Origin: Yuukianura sp. NJ FZ-2021 | Taxonomy: Eukaryota | Length of the DNA: 64,000 bases | Assembly (NCBI GenBank): GCA_046563655.1 | Contig: CM102290.1 | Coordinates: forward strand, 4,898,001-4,962,000 | Reading direction: 5' to 3' | Part shown: positions 38,301-51,791 of the stretch, piece after piece | How positions within the stretch are numbered: position 1 is the first letter of the stretch | How the letters are laid out: each line of letters starts with the position of its first letter | Translations under genes and position numbers: made by a program | Notes under the pieces: generated by a model | Told to the model about the DNA's origin: nothing | The model's database searches: none | The model's input: only the letters and a program-made list of their open reading frames with translations

Positions 38301-41300
38301 AGAAAGGGTCTTGGAAGTGAAAGTGAATGTTGGCGAAAAGACAAGAAAAAGACAATAACTTCCAGTAGAAGTGCAGTATAATGGGTCTCCACTCTAAAAG
38401 TCCCGCATCAAACAAAGTTTTCCGCCAGGTCCAGATTCAAATTAAAAGTGGAACGTTTTAGTTTTAGTCTGAATTAGAAAGTCAAAGTCCAGATTCTGAG
38501 TACGCTCAAAATCTTCCTTTTCAGTAACTTTTAAGTTTTTGGACTATTTTCACAAATGAATCCTTTCTTCGCAACTTTTCCTCTGGGAACTTGCTAGACT
38601 GAAAGCCTTCGATGAATGAAAACGTTGAGAAATATTATTTATCCCTTGAATCAACAAAGTCCGCTCCACTTTCTCGCGGAACCACCTTTCAGTGCTGTTT
38701 TTAACAGTCTTTTTGACAAAAAAGAAACGAGAGAAAGAATTGCAGAACTTCGGAAAAGCCAAAGATGCATTGAAAAAGAATAAATTTTCTCATTTGTTTG
38801 CTCCAAATTCTAAAATATATTCTTCTCCCGAAGAAAAATTCTCGAGACTTTTAACTCCAAAATTCCTAATTCTTAAGACGAGTTTTAAATTTCCAGGAGT
38901 GAAGAGCTTTATTTTTACGTATTAGAAATAAAAAGGAAGAAGGAGGCGGAATTATTCAAGTTCTTACTTTATCTGATTAGGAAGATTCCCTTGAGAAGTG
39001 CTGAAAGTCATCAGTTGTATGGAGATGAACAACAACAAAATTTGAATTCAAATAGCGTTTTCCTGCGAAACATTTCTCGTGTCTTAAGGAGATGGAACAG
39101 CGTCCACTGACTCCCTTCAGTCAACTTTCCTTTGAAGATATTCTGGCGCTTGACGCTCCTGGGTTCAAATCGCTTCTTCCAGGAAGCGCCTTCTCCGCTG
39201 TCCAACTTTTCCTGGACGTTTTGTGCTGGTAGTTGCCACTGAAGTTTCCTTATTTACCTCGCCTTCTCCTGTCTTCTCAAATCTTTTTCCTTCTGGGTTA
39301 ACTTTTGGATTTGACTTTCCACTCCAGTGGTTTCTCTGAAACGTCCAAAATCGAATCTTATCACACAACTACCACCACCACTAACCTAACAATCCAAAAC
39401 CTAACCGCCCACGGACTTCGTCCAGGAACTTTTGACGTGTCGCCGCCGGAGAAACTGAGGCACAAATAACATCTCGTCTTCCCTAATATTCCTTTTCTTC
39501 GTCTTCCTCCAACAATCGATGAATTGCAAAGGCACTTGAGCCAATTTTGGAGCCAAGGAAAGTACTACAGTCGAGGTTTAGTCAATAAGTAACACAATTA
39601 GGATTTTGTCATTGTGAGCGCCAGATTTAAATTTAAATTTGAATTCGCTTGCCTCCAAACATCCATTGCCAAAACCACACTTTAGGACTACCTACACGAA
39701 TATTCACCAAAAGAAAATACAGGTCTTGCAATGTACAATTGTGTATAATTGGCAAATTGCAAAGGAAGCTTAGGTACTCGTGTGCTGAGTAATTCCTTTG
39801 AAGATGGGCTTCTTTCTGTTGCAACATCATGACTTTTAAGTTTGATAATGACAAAATCCTTTCTTTGTTACCTCGACGTAATGGAAACTGACAACAAAAA
39901 CGTAAAGTATGACCTTCAGGGGTGCGAAAGTAATTAGTAGGTTTTAACTTATTTGTAATGGATATTTATAGTGTTTGTACATCAAATAATTTTCATAATG
40001 AAAGTCTGACATGATATTCGGCCGCTTATGGTGCTAAAAAATTCTGTTTAATAAAAAGAGAATATTTAATTTTTCGAGGTTAAAATAAATTTATACTTCT
40101 TTTCGACTCCTACATTGTGCTTTGGAGTGCCGTTACCATCAAGTCTATAATGTTACGGCGATAGTTCAATTTCAAGTTTCAAAAGTAAAACTGTTCCAAA
40201 AACATGTTTGAACAGCATTTGAAACCAAGGGAAGTAAAGCTGAAGATAAATGACGAATTCTGATCCTAAAATCTAATTAAGAGTCCAGGAGAACCTTCCC
40301 AGGAGGCACAAATACAATTTATTTCTCCGTCCATTTTCCTTTCAGAAAGTACACATTTTAATAGGACTCGAAGCACAAATTCAAATTGGATTTTGCAACC
40401 AGTGACACTTAAGACGTTAGGGCTAAACCTCAGCTATAGTCACTACTTCGAACTTTTCAAAAAAGAAGAAACAAAATTCAAGTTTGGAATTGAATGATAA
40501 GCGGAACTTATTCCATTTTCCGTTTTTTTTGAAACACTTTTCTTGTTCAAATCAACTCAACAGAAATCAATGGTTGTGGAGCCAACTTCCTGGAAATAAA
40601 TTGAGGACAACATGCAAGTGGCATCTAAAAGCTGTGTGTATGGAATAACAGAATTGTAGATTTTATTTCCGTAGTTTCTCACTTTCTCTCCCGCCTCAAA
40701 GGAACAGAGAAAGTGTACACTTTTTTCACTTACAAGTTATAATAGTAAATGTAGGCCAAAGAATTTGAACGAATCCAAATATTGAAATTGCTTGTTCAGG
40801 CATTTTGAAAACTTAGCAAAACGTTACAACTGCTGCTCCTTAGTAAGTCTCCATTCCTCTCAAACATTTTAGGAGTCCATTAAATTTTAAGCCTTTAGAA
40901 ATTGTTTCTTTGTAAACAACAAGCTTGAGAATGTGGGGTACTAACAAATAGTTCTGGAAGGTTGAGTGTCCAGGATAACAATGGTTTTAAACGTAAACAA
41001 CTCCCATACAGCGCACTTTCCAAAGTAAATATAAAGTCTCTCTTTAAAAGGAATTTAAGGATTTTTATATTGTTTACGCGGAAGTGGCAAAAAAGCTTCA
41101 ATTCGATCATTGAACTTGTCACAAGCATATCCAGCGTATCTTATGACGTTCGCAGCGTTTTTAAAATTCTATATCTGGAGCAGACTATTTTAATTTCAAT
41201 AAGCGTTTGATTTTTTTTGTGACTTTTTTTAGTTAACCTTAGTCAAAATTTGAACGTAGCCGCTATTTAAGCCGCTTCCGTGTTTAAGACCTACTAAATA

Positions 41301-41866
41301 TTTTGCAAAACAAAAATGAAGGTTTAGCTTTTGAGCTTTATATGGTGAAAGGTATTTTAAAGATTTCTTATGGTCCAGTGAAAGCAGACAGTTTTGGCTA
41401 TTCCATTTCTTGCACCGATTAATCATCGAAATGTCCACCTAAAGGTACTATCAATCAAGTCTGTTTTGTAACATTTTGCATCCCATCCGCAATTATCTGA
41501 TTTCAAAATGTGCTTTTCCCAAATTTACTCTATTACTATACAGTATGTTCGGTTTGATGGACTACCTGCATAATTTTACATCTAAGGGAAATTGATGAAA
41601 TAAAATGTGTAGACGGCGGTTAGATTCTGAAAATACTTTTGAATTTTACAGAGAGGTATTTTCTTGATTAAGCGCCATCTTGCATTTTAAGCAATAATCG
41701 GAAATAAATGTTGCCTGCCAGACACTACCAAATGCCTTTACCGGGGATTCACAAATTCTTAAGACATCCAAGCCCAACGATTGGTTGAATTCCGGAGATC
41801 GTGATTTATGTACTCCCGGATGCGTCTTGCTCGAGGTTCAGGGACGCATTTGTGTTCTTCCGAAGT

Positions 41867-44446
41867 TTATATTTTCTTGAACCAAAATAAATAAATGTCA
41901 CCGTCAGAGACAACTAGATCGTCCACTCCTGTAAAATTGACAAAGAAAATAATAATAAAATTAAAGAAAATAAAAACGCAATGGAAAAATTAAAAATTAA
42001 ACTAAGGTTGTGGTCAGGTTGACCTGAGTGGCCCACCTTTTTCAGCGACGTAAGTAGTTGCTGGGGGGTTGACTGGGTCGGGGTCAGAGGGCAATCGATA
42101 CAGGAGCCAGTAGTTGTATCCCACGGGTTGTTCCCGATGACCAGAAATTGTGTGAACGTAGTGGCCGTTGGGCCAAACGGTTGAGGTAAATCTATAGCAG
42201 AAAAACACAAAAAGGTGATAAAAAGATCAAATTTCAAAATCATTTCTGGATCCCCAGGCGCCACGCTTCAACCTAAAAATCAATACTCGTCACTTACTCA
42301 AATGCCGGATCCATCTCCGCTGCTCGTTGCATGAGATGGAAAAATGAGGTATTGACGGGTACTGACATGGATAGGTTATGCTTCTCAGCAGTCACTGGAT
42401 CCTGCCCTATCCAAAGTGTGTACTTGACTAAGAGTTGACTAGGAGGGGACTGTGCAGACGTTGTTTCGTCTGATCCACCACTGCCCATGCCCGTTTGGTG
42501 AACGAAGTTGTTTCCGGAAGGTTCGGATGACAACACACGAACAGTAGTTTCGAGGAGATCTGATGTCACAGAAGATGTCGTTGGACCTTTCAGAATGTCG
42601 GGCAGAGTGGTAACGTTGAAGGCGATTGATGTTGAACTGTTTGTTGTATCCGTGAGAGCCACTGAGTTGACGCTCATTGCCTCCGACATGATGCCTTCCA
42701 ACGGAGTGTAGCTGTAGGCTGAACAGTGATGTCTTCTAAATTTTAAAATTCCCGCTCCATTGAGCAATGTTGAAATTGCAAGCAGAGCATCTGCTGTTCC
42801 CAAAACGCTGTCTTCAAAAGACCCGCTTAGATTTTGTGACGCCGCCAAACCCAAAATCCATCTCGTATCATTCCAATATTCTGCAAAGTTTTCGTCCAGT
42901 CCCAAACCCTAGATGTCCATACAAACTCTTGTTAATTTTCGCTAATCAAAATCTGTTAATTTTGGTGGCATGCAATGTAGCAATAGGGTGTCAGTGATTA
43001 TGTTGTCGTGACTTTGCGTAGTAGAGACTCGACAAACCTGAATAATCAATGCCGTTGTGTGGATATTGCCAAAGGATCCATCTGGTTTCTGCAAGGCCCC
43101 AAGGGCCTCGTAGCCTTCATGCAAATGTCGCTCAATCGCTTCCAGTGCTCTATGCTCATAAACGCATTTGAGTGTGAGTAAGGCCATTGCCCGTGTTTCT
43201 GATTTAAAAGATCCCAGAAAGAACATCAAATTCAATCACTTGTTCTTGGATCACTTAACAGAGGATGAGTCAAGGGCTGTTTACCAACGGAGTGAAGTCG
43301 CGTGTCGTCCTCACAAATCTTCATGAGATTGCGAATCTGATGACGATGAAGATGACTTCCGCCGAGACAGGAGATGAGGGAAGATAGACTGAAACCAAAT
43401 GTCTCCGGATACCCGGGATACTCAAAGTCATCAGTGTGTTTCTCCAAGAGCCCTTGAAACAATTACGATGAAATTTTAAAATCATTAACATTAAAGAAAT
43501 CTTGAAGCATGTAACTGTAAACTGTATTTTTGTAAAACTTACGAACTAAATCATGACCATAATAGTTTCTTGGATCTTTACAAATAGCATTGAGAGCAAG
43601 GGCGTAGTATCCAATTCGAGCTGGAGGAATCGGTTCTTCTGAATATCTGTTCAAGGTCATCAATCAAATTCTAAGAATTTGCAAACCTAAGAATTCTATT
43701 TTCTAAAACTACTGAAAAGTATAATATCGCATAAAATTTTGAGAGAAGTAACTGAACAGAATAAACGGAAACGAACTACAATGGTATAAAATAAAATTCT
43801 GAAGTGACGCTAACCTTAGTAACTTTGCTAGGACTTCTACTTCTAACTGTTTAGCAATTAGCATAGCCTCAAGGTCATTTTGTTGAGGCCAATTATCAAC
43901 TGCTGCTGAAATTGCCAAGATAACCCTAGCAGTGTCACTTCCCCAACCAAAGTCTTCCTTTCGTTGACTACTAAGCCAATAGAAGGCTCGATTCTTCATG
44001 CTCACAAGTTTGTCCAAGAGCTCAGTCGCTCCATCCGTAGAGTCTAAAATAATCAAGATTAAGCCTCGTTTTAGTATACTTCCTACAACAAACACACACG
44101 CTTCTTTAGCATTTGTTTATATAAAACGAAATTTAGAACAACAATTCCCCGGAAGTTTGGGTCGCCTTTTGTTCTGGTCGGGTGATATTAAGTTGTGGTG
44201 ATTCAGAGCGAGTTAAGAGGGAAAACGCCTTGACAAAAACTTTTCCTTCGTAGAGCCGTTTTCTGTTTTGGGTGTTTGGAAAGTGAAAGTGCAGAGACTT
44301 TTACTTTCCTTTTAGCAAAACTAATTGACTTAACTTGCAAACTTTTTCCAGAAGGCGTTCCTTAATATCTTACCTGAGGCCGAGCACTTGGAAACTAAAA
44401 AGTAGGTTTTGAGGAGCAATAGGAGCAGAGAGCTGCTGGACACCAT
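41867..44446 (-). CDS. Secreted cobalamin-binding family protein (transcobalamin/intrinsic factor-like alpha domain plus C-terminal beta/DUF4430-like domain; CG3556-like); exons 44374-44446, 43815-44043, 43543-43646, 43285-43452, 43038-43198, 42298-42908, 42037-42191, 41867-41928; ~520 aa
   Basis: Signal peptide MVSSSSLLLLLLKTYFLVSKCSA; alpha-domain motifs YYALALNAICKDP, HSVETRAMALLTLKC, QKPDGSFGNIHTTALIIQ; beta-domain WPNGHYVHTISGHREQ..YNYWLLY...GVDDLVVSDGDIYLFWF. GT-AG, phase-consistent. Confidence 0.88.
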
Positions 44447-46568
44447 TGCGACGGTTCTGCTTTGTTGAGTAAAAACTGCCGCAGTGGATTTATCTTTACA
44501 TGTGTCACCACCACCTTTACTTCTGGATTTTCTTAAAAACAGGACTCAAAGAAAGCTAGAGAGGCGGGTCACCACGGCGCTTAAGTTTTCGGGAGTCATT
44601 GACCTCTGACTAGTTGACACCAGATCCTGGTCGCAAATCTAAACTTGGAACTTGCCCTTGTGATCGTCCGTTGCGTGTTGCGGGTAATTTGACGAGAGAT
44701 TCGGTAGAAATAAGTCCGACTCGGATGATTCCACAAGTAGAACTGGAAGTGGTCCGTGGGAATCCCCGTTGGTGACTGGATGCGGGTAACTTCGGGTGGG
44801 AGAAAGTGCAGGGAAAGGTGGCCTCCTTTCCTTTTGGAAATCAGACACAAGAGCTCTGGTGCGGTGTCCTTATATATCTTACCAGAATACTGTGGAGATA
44901 CACGGGATTTCTTTTTGGGAACTTCGAAGAGCGTATACTTTTGGTACACAGTTCCTGCTGCTGGAATCAGGAACAGTGCTCATGTGGACTTGCGCCATTT
45001 TATTTACCAAGCCTTTCCAACCTAACCAACGGCAGAACAAGTAGCACCAAACCCTACGAACCCCAGAAGCATTGCCAAGTGCCACAAAGATTCCAACTTG
45101 GTTATTCCTTCGTGGCTCCACTGGAACCATCACAAGCTCCACTTCAAAAGTCCCCAATGTCTCACTTTTGACATTTCTCCCAGAATGAGATCCAGTCCAC
45201 ACCGCAGCGTTGGGACAAAAGCAAATGCTCCAGAAGGACTCTCTCCCTCTGGATCTAAAGGTCAACCGAACCTCAGTTCCAGCGGGGATCGCTTTAGAGA
45301 GCACTGGAAGCGTCATGGAAAAGAGTCTAAGGGCCTGATTTGATGGGGTGCCATTTAGAAAGGCTCTTTGTTAGGTTTATAGGTCATATTTTCATAAACA
45401 TAGGTAGCATAATGCCTTTCCAAGGAATCATTAGGCTCAAGTATAATAGGTTTCCTCTATGAGTTAGGATTGGACAACTTCTCTCCATAGGGATTTAGAA
45501 CATAGGCGAATATGGGTTTCCGGCATTTTGTTGGCGATGAATATAAGCTGCTCCCTTGCCTCTGTCTTCCTGAAATTGAATAATGGAAATAAAGAGTCCA
45601 GCTCAGGACACTGGATTTATATCTAGTTGTCTTACCACCACACAATTCCCTCCTACACGGCTTAAAATTTTGGCAAACATTGTCTCTTTCTTTCTCTTCT
45701 GTAAAAAAAAAGGAGAAAAGACAAAGTTTCTCTTATTTGAAAACCTGTTTACAAAAAAAAACTTTCGAAGTTCTTAGAAACTGCGAAATTGCAGTGAAAT
45801 TGAAGTTGCCACTTTTTGTCTTAAAAAGGAATACTTTGAGAATTTTATTTCGAAATTTGTTTAGTAAAAATGTCATTTGTGAAGTCAATTGCTTTCTTTT
45901 TTGGCTCAGGATGAGTGGATTTGTGGGGGAGAAAATAAAAGTGGTTGCCAAAATTTGAGATTGGACGTTAAGATAAGGAAGCAGCGTCACCTTACGACAT
46001 TGCATGCAAATACAAAATCTTGTGTTGTGTAATGAGGCAAAGGCAAGTTAGTGTGATGCTAGAAGAGAAAGTTGTAACAAGCCCATTGAACTTTAAGGAT
46101 TTCTTGTTCAGAACAAGAAGAAAAGTCCAAGAGGGAAAGCCTTGTGTTCCTTTCGTGCTCTTTGAGGACTTTTCTGTAAGATGATGAACTGGGAATGGGC
46201 TCATTACCTTTGCATCAATCCCTTGTTTCAGTTCCAAAAAAAAGACGCTGTACAGAACCTCATTATTCCAGCAGATTCCGTACATCTTCAAGAGCATTCT
46301 GTTTCTCCTACCCGGGAAATCCTCCAGAATCTGGATTCTTTAGGATTTCACGCACTTAGCCACTCCACTTCTCCGAAGACAAACAAAGCCCAACTAAACT
46401 AAAAAAAAACTAAACCTATTTGTTTTGAAAATTGCGCCCTGCTCAAGCACCTGCTCACGTCTCCCGCCACTCCCAGGCTTTTCCAAATTAAGTTCAAGTC
46501 TACGAGGAATCATCAACAGGCGACATCCATCTACCTGCACTTTGTTCAAAATCAACAATGATTGATGG

Positions 46569-46574
46569 TTTATT
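46569..46574 (-). terminator. Poly(A) signal AATAAA of the glucosylceramidase-like gene
   Basis: TTTATT on + strand about 210 nt past the stop codon. Confidence 0.5.
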
Positions 46575-46780
46575 TACAGAAAAAAAAAGAAACAGTAAAA
46601 GAAAAAACAAAGTTAAGCTACTTTTGAACTAGCAACAAAGAGATGGGCACAAATACTTTTGGAATACATTTCTCAGAACGTATTAGAATGGTGTTAACTC
46701 TGTTTAGAACCAAGATGAAAGCTACAGTACAGTGTAGGCGTAAAGGTTTAGCTGGAAATGGCGGTAGTTGGAAACATAAG

Positions 46781-49700
46781 TTAGGCTGTAGCATACACAA
46801 GTGTTTGAATCGTCCTCCTTGGCAAGACAAAGGTCACCTCCCCGAGGTCAACGTCCGTTAGAGTGACGTCAATTGGGTCATTGTGCCTGGACAAATTCAA
46901 ATAAAACAAGTCTTTAGAACAGCTTTTTTTTAGAACCGGTCAGAAGTTTGTGACACAAACATGACAACCAAAAACTGAAAGTTTAGAATGGGAAGAGCAA
47001 ATGTACAAAAAAGGAATGGCACTCAAATAATTCAACAGATTTTGCAACATACGACCTACGAGGGGAGTTTGAACTTTGACATATTTTGTTTCCGTTTCAA
47101 AACACGGTGTTTACGTCACAGAGTCTCTTATGACTCGTTTTATTGCCATTAGCTTTGTAGAAAAAAGAACAAAGAGTAGAAAAAGCTTTTTGCAAAAATG
47201 AGACCTAAGCTGAGGTTGTACCTTCCAAAAGCAAAAAAAAAAGTTGCAAAAGTCTGTTGAAATTATGAGCCAAGCTTTAGGTTTGACTGTTTCTCCATTT
47301 CTTCTAAGATACCACTTCAGAAATAAATTCATAAGGTAAGGCAGTTATGGTTGCACAAAAGTTATAGCTGAAAGAAAGCAGTACCTGTTTAGCATGACAA
47401 GTGCAATGGATCCATCGGGACGCTGAACTCCAGCAGTAATAACTCGTGCCTCATCCTTTGGATCCGCCAAAGTAATTCCAACGTGAAGCACATCCGAGTC
47501 GGGTAAAAAGAACTTGGTTACATGAGCCAAGGCATACAACATTGGTTGCTTGTAAAACTCCCCTGACGTTTTATTGACAATAATGGCAGCGTCGGCGGCA
47601 AGACCGGCCCAGTTGGGTCCCCCTTCCGTATTCAAAGCTAAATTCCAGTCAGTCCAGCCTACGACGTGGTTCCGAATGCCCTGGAATTTAAACCAAAGTC
47701 CTCAAGCGTCGTTTTTTCAGCACTCTGAATGAAAGTTCTAAAATGCGAGGAAACGGAGGCGGCGGAAGAGAAAGTGCCGCCGCATTTCACTTCCCCAGGA
47801 AACTACATTTCTCACCAGGCGTTAGATTACTATCAATAATGAAGTTTGTGGCGTTAGGTATTGGCAAGAAAATACCTGTAAAATATCTTCAGCATAGTCT
47901 TCTCCACGTTCCCAAGAGCCCATGATAACTTTCTCGCGCTGCCACGGCAAGAAACCTTAGTATTCCAGAAGAGAAAAGAAAGTCAAGTTTAGAGTTCGTA
48001 GTATAACAGAAGAGGCGAGAAACTATAATGGACTTTGAATGAGAAAGAGAAAGTTGGGGAGGCATAATTTTTGAATTGAAGTTCAGAAGACAACAAAATC
48101 TGCGGATTCGAAATACTTTTCTGGTAGTTCTTCGTTAAGATTTCATTGAGTGTTTTTTGTTTCAAAGTTAAGTTACGTTTACTACTGAAGCAAACCAATA
48201 GTCTCTGCCTATGTTATTTATTTGGTACGAGGGGAGGAGTCCTTAGTGTAAGATCGTATTTCTTAAGACGCAGAGGCCTGTCAAATCAACGACCACAACC
48301 AAAGAAGTTAGCTAAAAGACACACCAGTCTCTGGACAGGATTAATGGGACAGGTTCTGGAAGTTCCAGGAAAAAGCTGGAACACGGATCGAATCTCTTAA
48401 AATGTTAAATTTTAGGAGGCTGCCGTGTGGCGATGAAATGTTTGTCAAAGAAAGCTTGGGCTGTTTGAGACGGAAGTCAGGCGGAGAAAGTTAGGTTATC
48501 TAAGGTACCTTAACATAAGAAAGAGACTTTACCTGCACAAGCCTCTGTTCCAAGAATTGCAGCCTCTGGAAACATTTTGTGTGTTTGAAGAATCGGGTCA
48601 TGTGTCGTCATGTCAGTGGAGTACCAATGCAAACCAATTCCCCAGATGTATTGAGCAGCTTCGTTGTCTTCTAAGATCTATGATGGCCGCAGAGAGCAGG
48701 AGTCGGATAGAATTTCAAAAAAAAAAGTCGTTAGCTTTTTGATCTAACATTTGAAATAAATTTCTAGCGTGAAAAGTTAGAACGCTCCAAGCGTCATCTT
48801 CGCGTTTGCTTTTACGCTGTTATTAGAATGTTCTTCGTTTTTTTGGAAATTGAAAACAAACCTCTTGGGGGTAGTGTGGTAGAGCGGCCGTATTTTCGTC
48901 GAGTATCATCACTTTCAAATCAGCGTAGCGTGATCGCTTCAGCGTTGGTCCTAAATTATTTTTAATCCATGTTCGCTGCTGAGAGGCGTACCATCCCATG
49001 CAATTAAATGGAAAGTGAGGTACTAAACCATCAAATGGTTCGTTCTGTGTTGTCACACCCCAAAATGGCAAACCAACTGCTTCATAGGATTCTAAAAATC
49101 TAATTTAAAAAAAAGTTTTAAAAAACGACGAAAATTTCATAATTTTTTTTAGGAATTCAGGCTTACTTGACAAAGTAATCGGCCCAAGTTTGATAGAATT
49201 CTCGTCTCAGAAATCCTCGACCAATGTAGTCATTGTTAGTTTTCATCCATGGTGGAGCCGACCATGGGCTACCATAGAGTCGAATTTTGCTGGGACTCAG
49301 CGACTGCGCCATTTTAATGTAAGGAATCTAAAAATATGTCAAAATTAAAATAACATCATAACATGGGTTGCGCAAAATAAAAGTTGTGAAACTTCTGATT
49401 GGTAGTTGAAATATGATACACACTTATTCATGGTTAGATAATAAAAAAAAACATTTGTATAACTGGAATGATTTTTCTTGTTTTTTTGCAACTTGAGAAA
49501 TTCGCATCATCATTCGTAGATTTGAGCTTATTCATCGTGTTTATTTTTAAAACTTTTGCGTCTTTGCATTAAACTATACTTTGGTTAAGCTAGTTTTGAG
49601 TTGGCTTCAACCCCAGTTCAACTAAAAGTCAAATGAGCCATTAATTTGTTGTCCGAAACTGGTTAAAGATTGCTTAATTACTCCTATAACTCTTTCTCAC

Positions 49701-51791
49701 TGTTACGAGTGTCCCGCAGTGTGAATTCATTGACTAACTTTACTACGCCTCATTCAATTGCCGACGTTGATAAAAATGTATGTTCCAAGAACTGGAGGGA
49801 AATATAACGAAATAAAAATGAATGAACGTGAAGTTGTTTGAACTCAAAAGAGTCAGTCAAGGTCAGCTTCAATAGTTCCAGACATTGACAGATCCTCGCA
49901 CCATAGAACCAAATGTTCAATTTGGAATTATTGTGTTGAATTTTAAAAAAAGTGAAACTTTACAATCGAAAACCGGTTCCATACTGGGACTACTGGAGAA
50001 ATGACAATCGGTAAAGTGGAAAAAGCGAAAATCACTCCAAGGAATTGACTCGAAAAACGATTGACCTCGAGGCCGTAATCATTCACTCGTAGAAAGTGAA
50101 TGCAGTCACATCAGTTACTTTCCGTTCACTTTAACTTTTATAAAATTTCGGTTCCATTTTAGGCGGAAAGTCATTGGAGTTCATGCTTTCTCTTCACAGA
50201 ACTCCAAGCACTAGTTGTCATAATTGTGCCAAAGTGGTTTGTCTTACTTTGTAAAAGTGGTCTTCGTGTTGGAGACTAAATAGAGACAGGCTGATGTCTC
50301 CTGGAGTGTCCGCATATGTGTAATTCCTTGGAGAAAAGTCGCAACCGCCCATTGGAACTCGTCCCAGAGTGTAGCCAATTCCATTTGGACCAAAGTAGGT
50401 TCTAAAAGTGAAAGCAATTGATTACTCAGCTGGACCAATTCTCCCATGTTGATTTTTCCAAAGCTTCAACAACAAATGTGTTTCGGAACGTTGAACTTTG
50501 ATGAGAGTGCGTTGAAAAATACACATTTCGAAAACTACCGCGTTACTTCGGTAGGACACATTTTCGCTCCATCTCCAACACGATGTTCCATCACACAATT
50601 TACGCCTTTTACGACGGCATTTGCTGATTCATTGAAAAGAGCTCTTTGGTCGATTGTTCACTTAACGAAACGCATTTTTTTTTTGTGAAATTCATCTCAA
50701 ATAAAATGTAAATGTTTGGTGGGTTACCCAATAAGTTTTTCTTGAGCGGCTTCTGGAAGGTCACGCAGGTTGATTCCTGTGGCATCAGTAAATGCTCCGC
50801 CGTAACCAACAATCTTTTGTGGCATTTTGTTCCTGGATACGTGGATGGTTGCTGTTTGTTTTTGCTCTAAATTCAAAAATGGCAGTAAGAAACGACTGAA
50901 AAGTTAATCAAATTGTTTGAAAAACTTTCTATTTCTACAAAATTCGCAAAATTTACTTACTGCTTGATTGAGAAGGTGAACGAATTGTGGACCCTGCATT
51001 TCGGGGATTCCCAAATCCAACCGAACCAACTTGAAGTCTGGCGCCATCTATGTTGGAAGTGTAGGTCAAAATCTGTCCAGGACCGAGCATGGTTACAGGG
51101 GTCATGTCATCGCAGTAAGTAGAGTTACAGACACAAACTAGGCGTCCTTCCCCGTAACTTTTACCAATACATGAGGAACTCCCTACAAATTTCCAAAAAG
51201 CTTTTTTTAAATTAAAATTCGACCAAACATTTTAGCCACTTTTAGACGCAACCAGTTTTAGATTAGTAGCGACGTTCCACTCGCGTCCGTGGAAAACACG
51301 ACCAGTAAAACCTTATCTGTTTTTTGTAAAACTTGCCTAATTTTTGTAACAGCTATTTACTAATAACGCCTTCCAAAACGAGCTGTGTTGTTCCTCAAAA
51401 ACCATAATTTCAAAACGAGGTTGGCTTTGAACGTCTGCCTTACTAGTAAAACCGCCGTTTTTCATAATTCACTTCAGTAATTATAATAACAAATTCCCAC
51501 AAGTCCCACTCCACCAAATCACTTTCCTCCATTATACATTCCGAATGACTAGGATTCTACAGCCAAAATGAGAATTTCCTAAAGCTTTTGCTTATTGCTT
51601 TTCATTCTCTTAACAAACATCATAACACTTTTACTTAATTTTACTAATTGACTTGAATTCATTTGAGGTAAAAACACAAAATAAAAACCTTTACCTGAAG
51701 AAGGAGAAAGTAGAGAAAGCAGAAGAGCGAGGAGCGCACCTCTGGTGCAAGTCGAGAAAGTTAGAAAATTTTCGAACGCCGGGAGCTGCAT
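46781..51791 (-). CDS. Gba1: Lysosomal acid glucosylceramidase-like enzyme (GH30_1, GBA1 family); exons 51695-51791, 50961-51182, 50728-50866, 50248-50401, 49167-49327, 48862-49099, 48533-48677, 47876-47955, 47385-47680, 46781-46886; ~545 aa
   Basis: Signal peptide; VCVCNSTYCD; QKIVGYGGAFTDA; GRVPMGGCDFS; SPWSAPPWMKTN; TTQNEP (acid/base Glu); HWY; GTEAC (nucleophile Glu); GSWERG; GWTDWNLAL..GGPNW; FYKQPM. GT-AG, phase-consistent. Orthologue versus paralogue not resolved. Confidence 0.93.

Noticed and set aside
39140..39200. Pol III B-box-like GGTTCAAATC
   Set aside because: No A box or cloverleaf; not a tRNA.
29928..51791. Apparent lipid/lysosome gene cluster (Rab34/36, PLA2, cobalamin binder, GBA1)
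   Set aside because: Unrelated families with separate promoters and no shared regulatory signal visible; adjacency alone is not evidence of a system.
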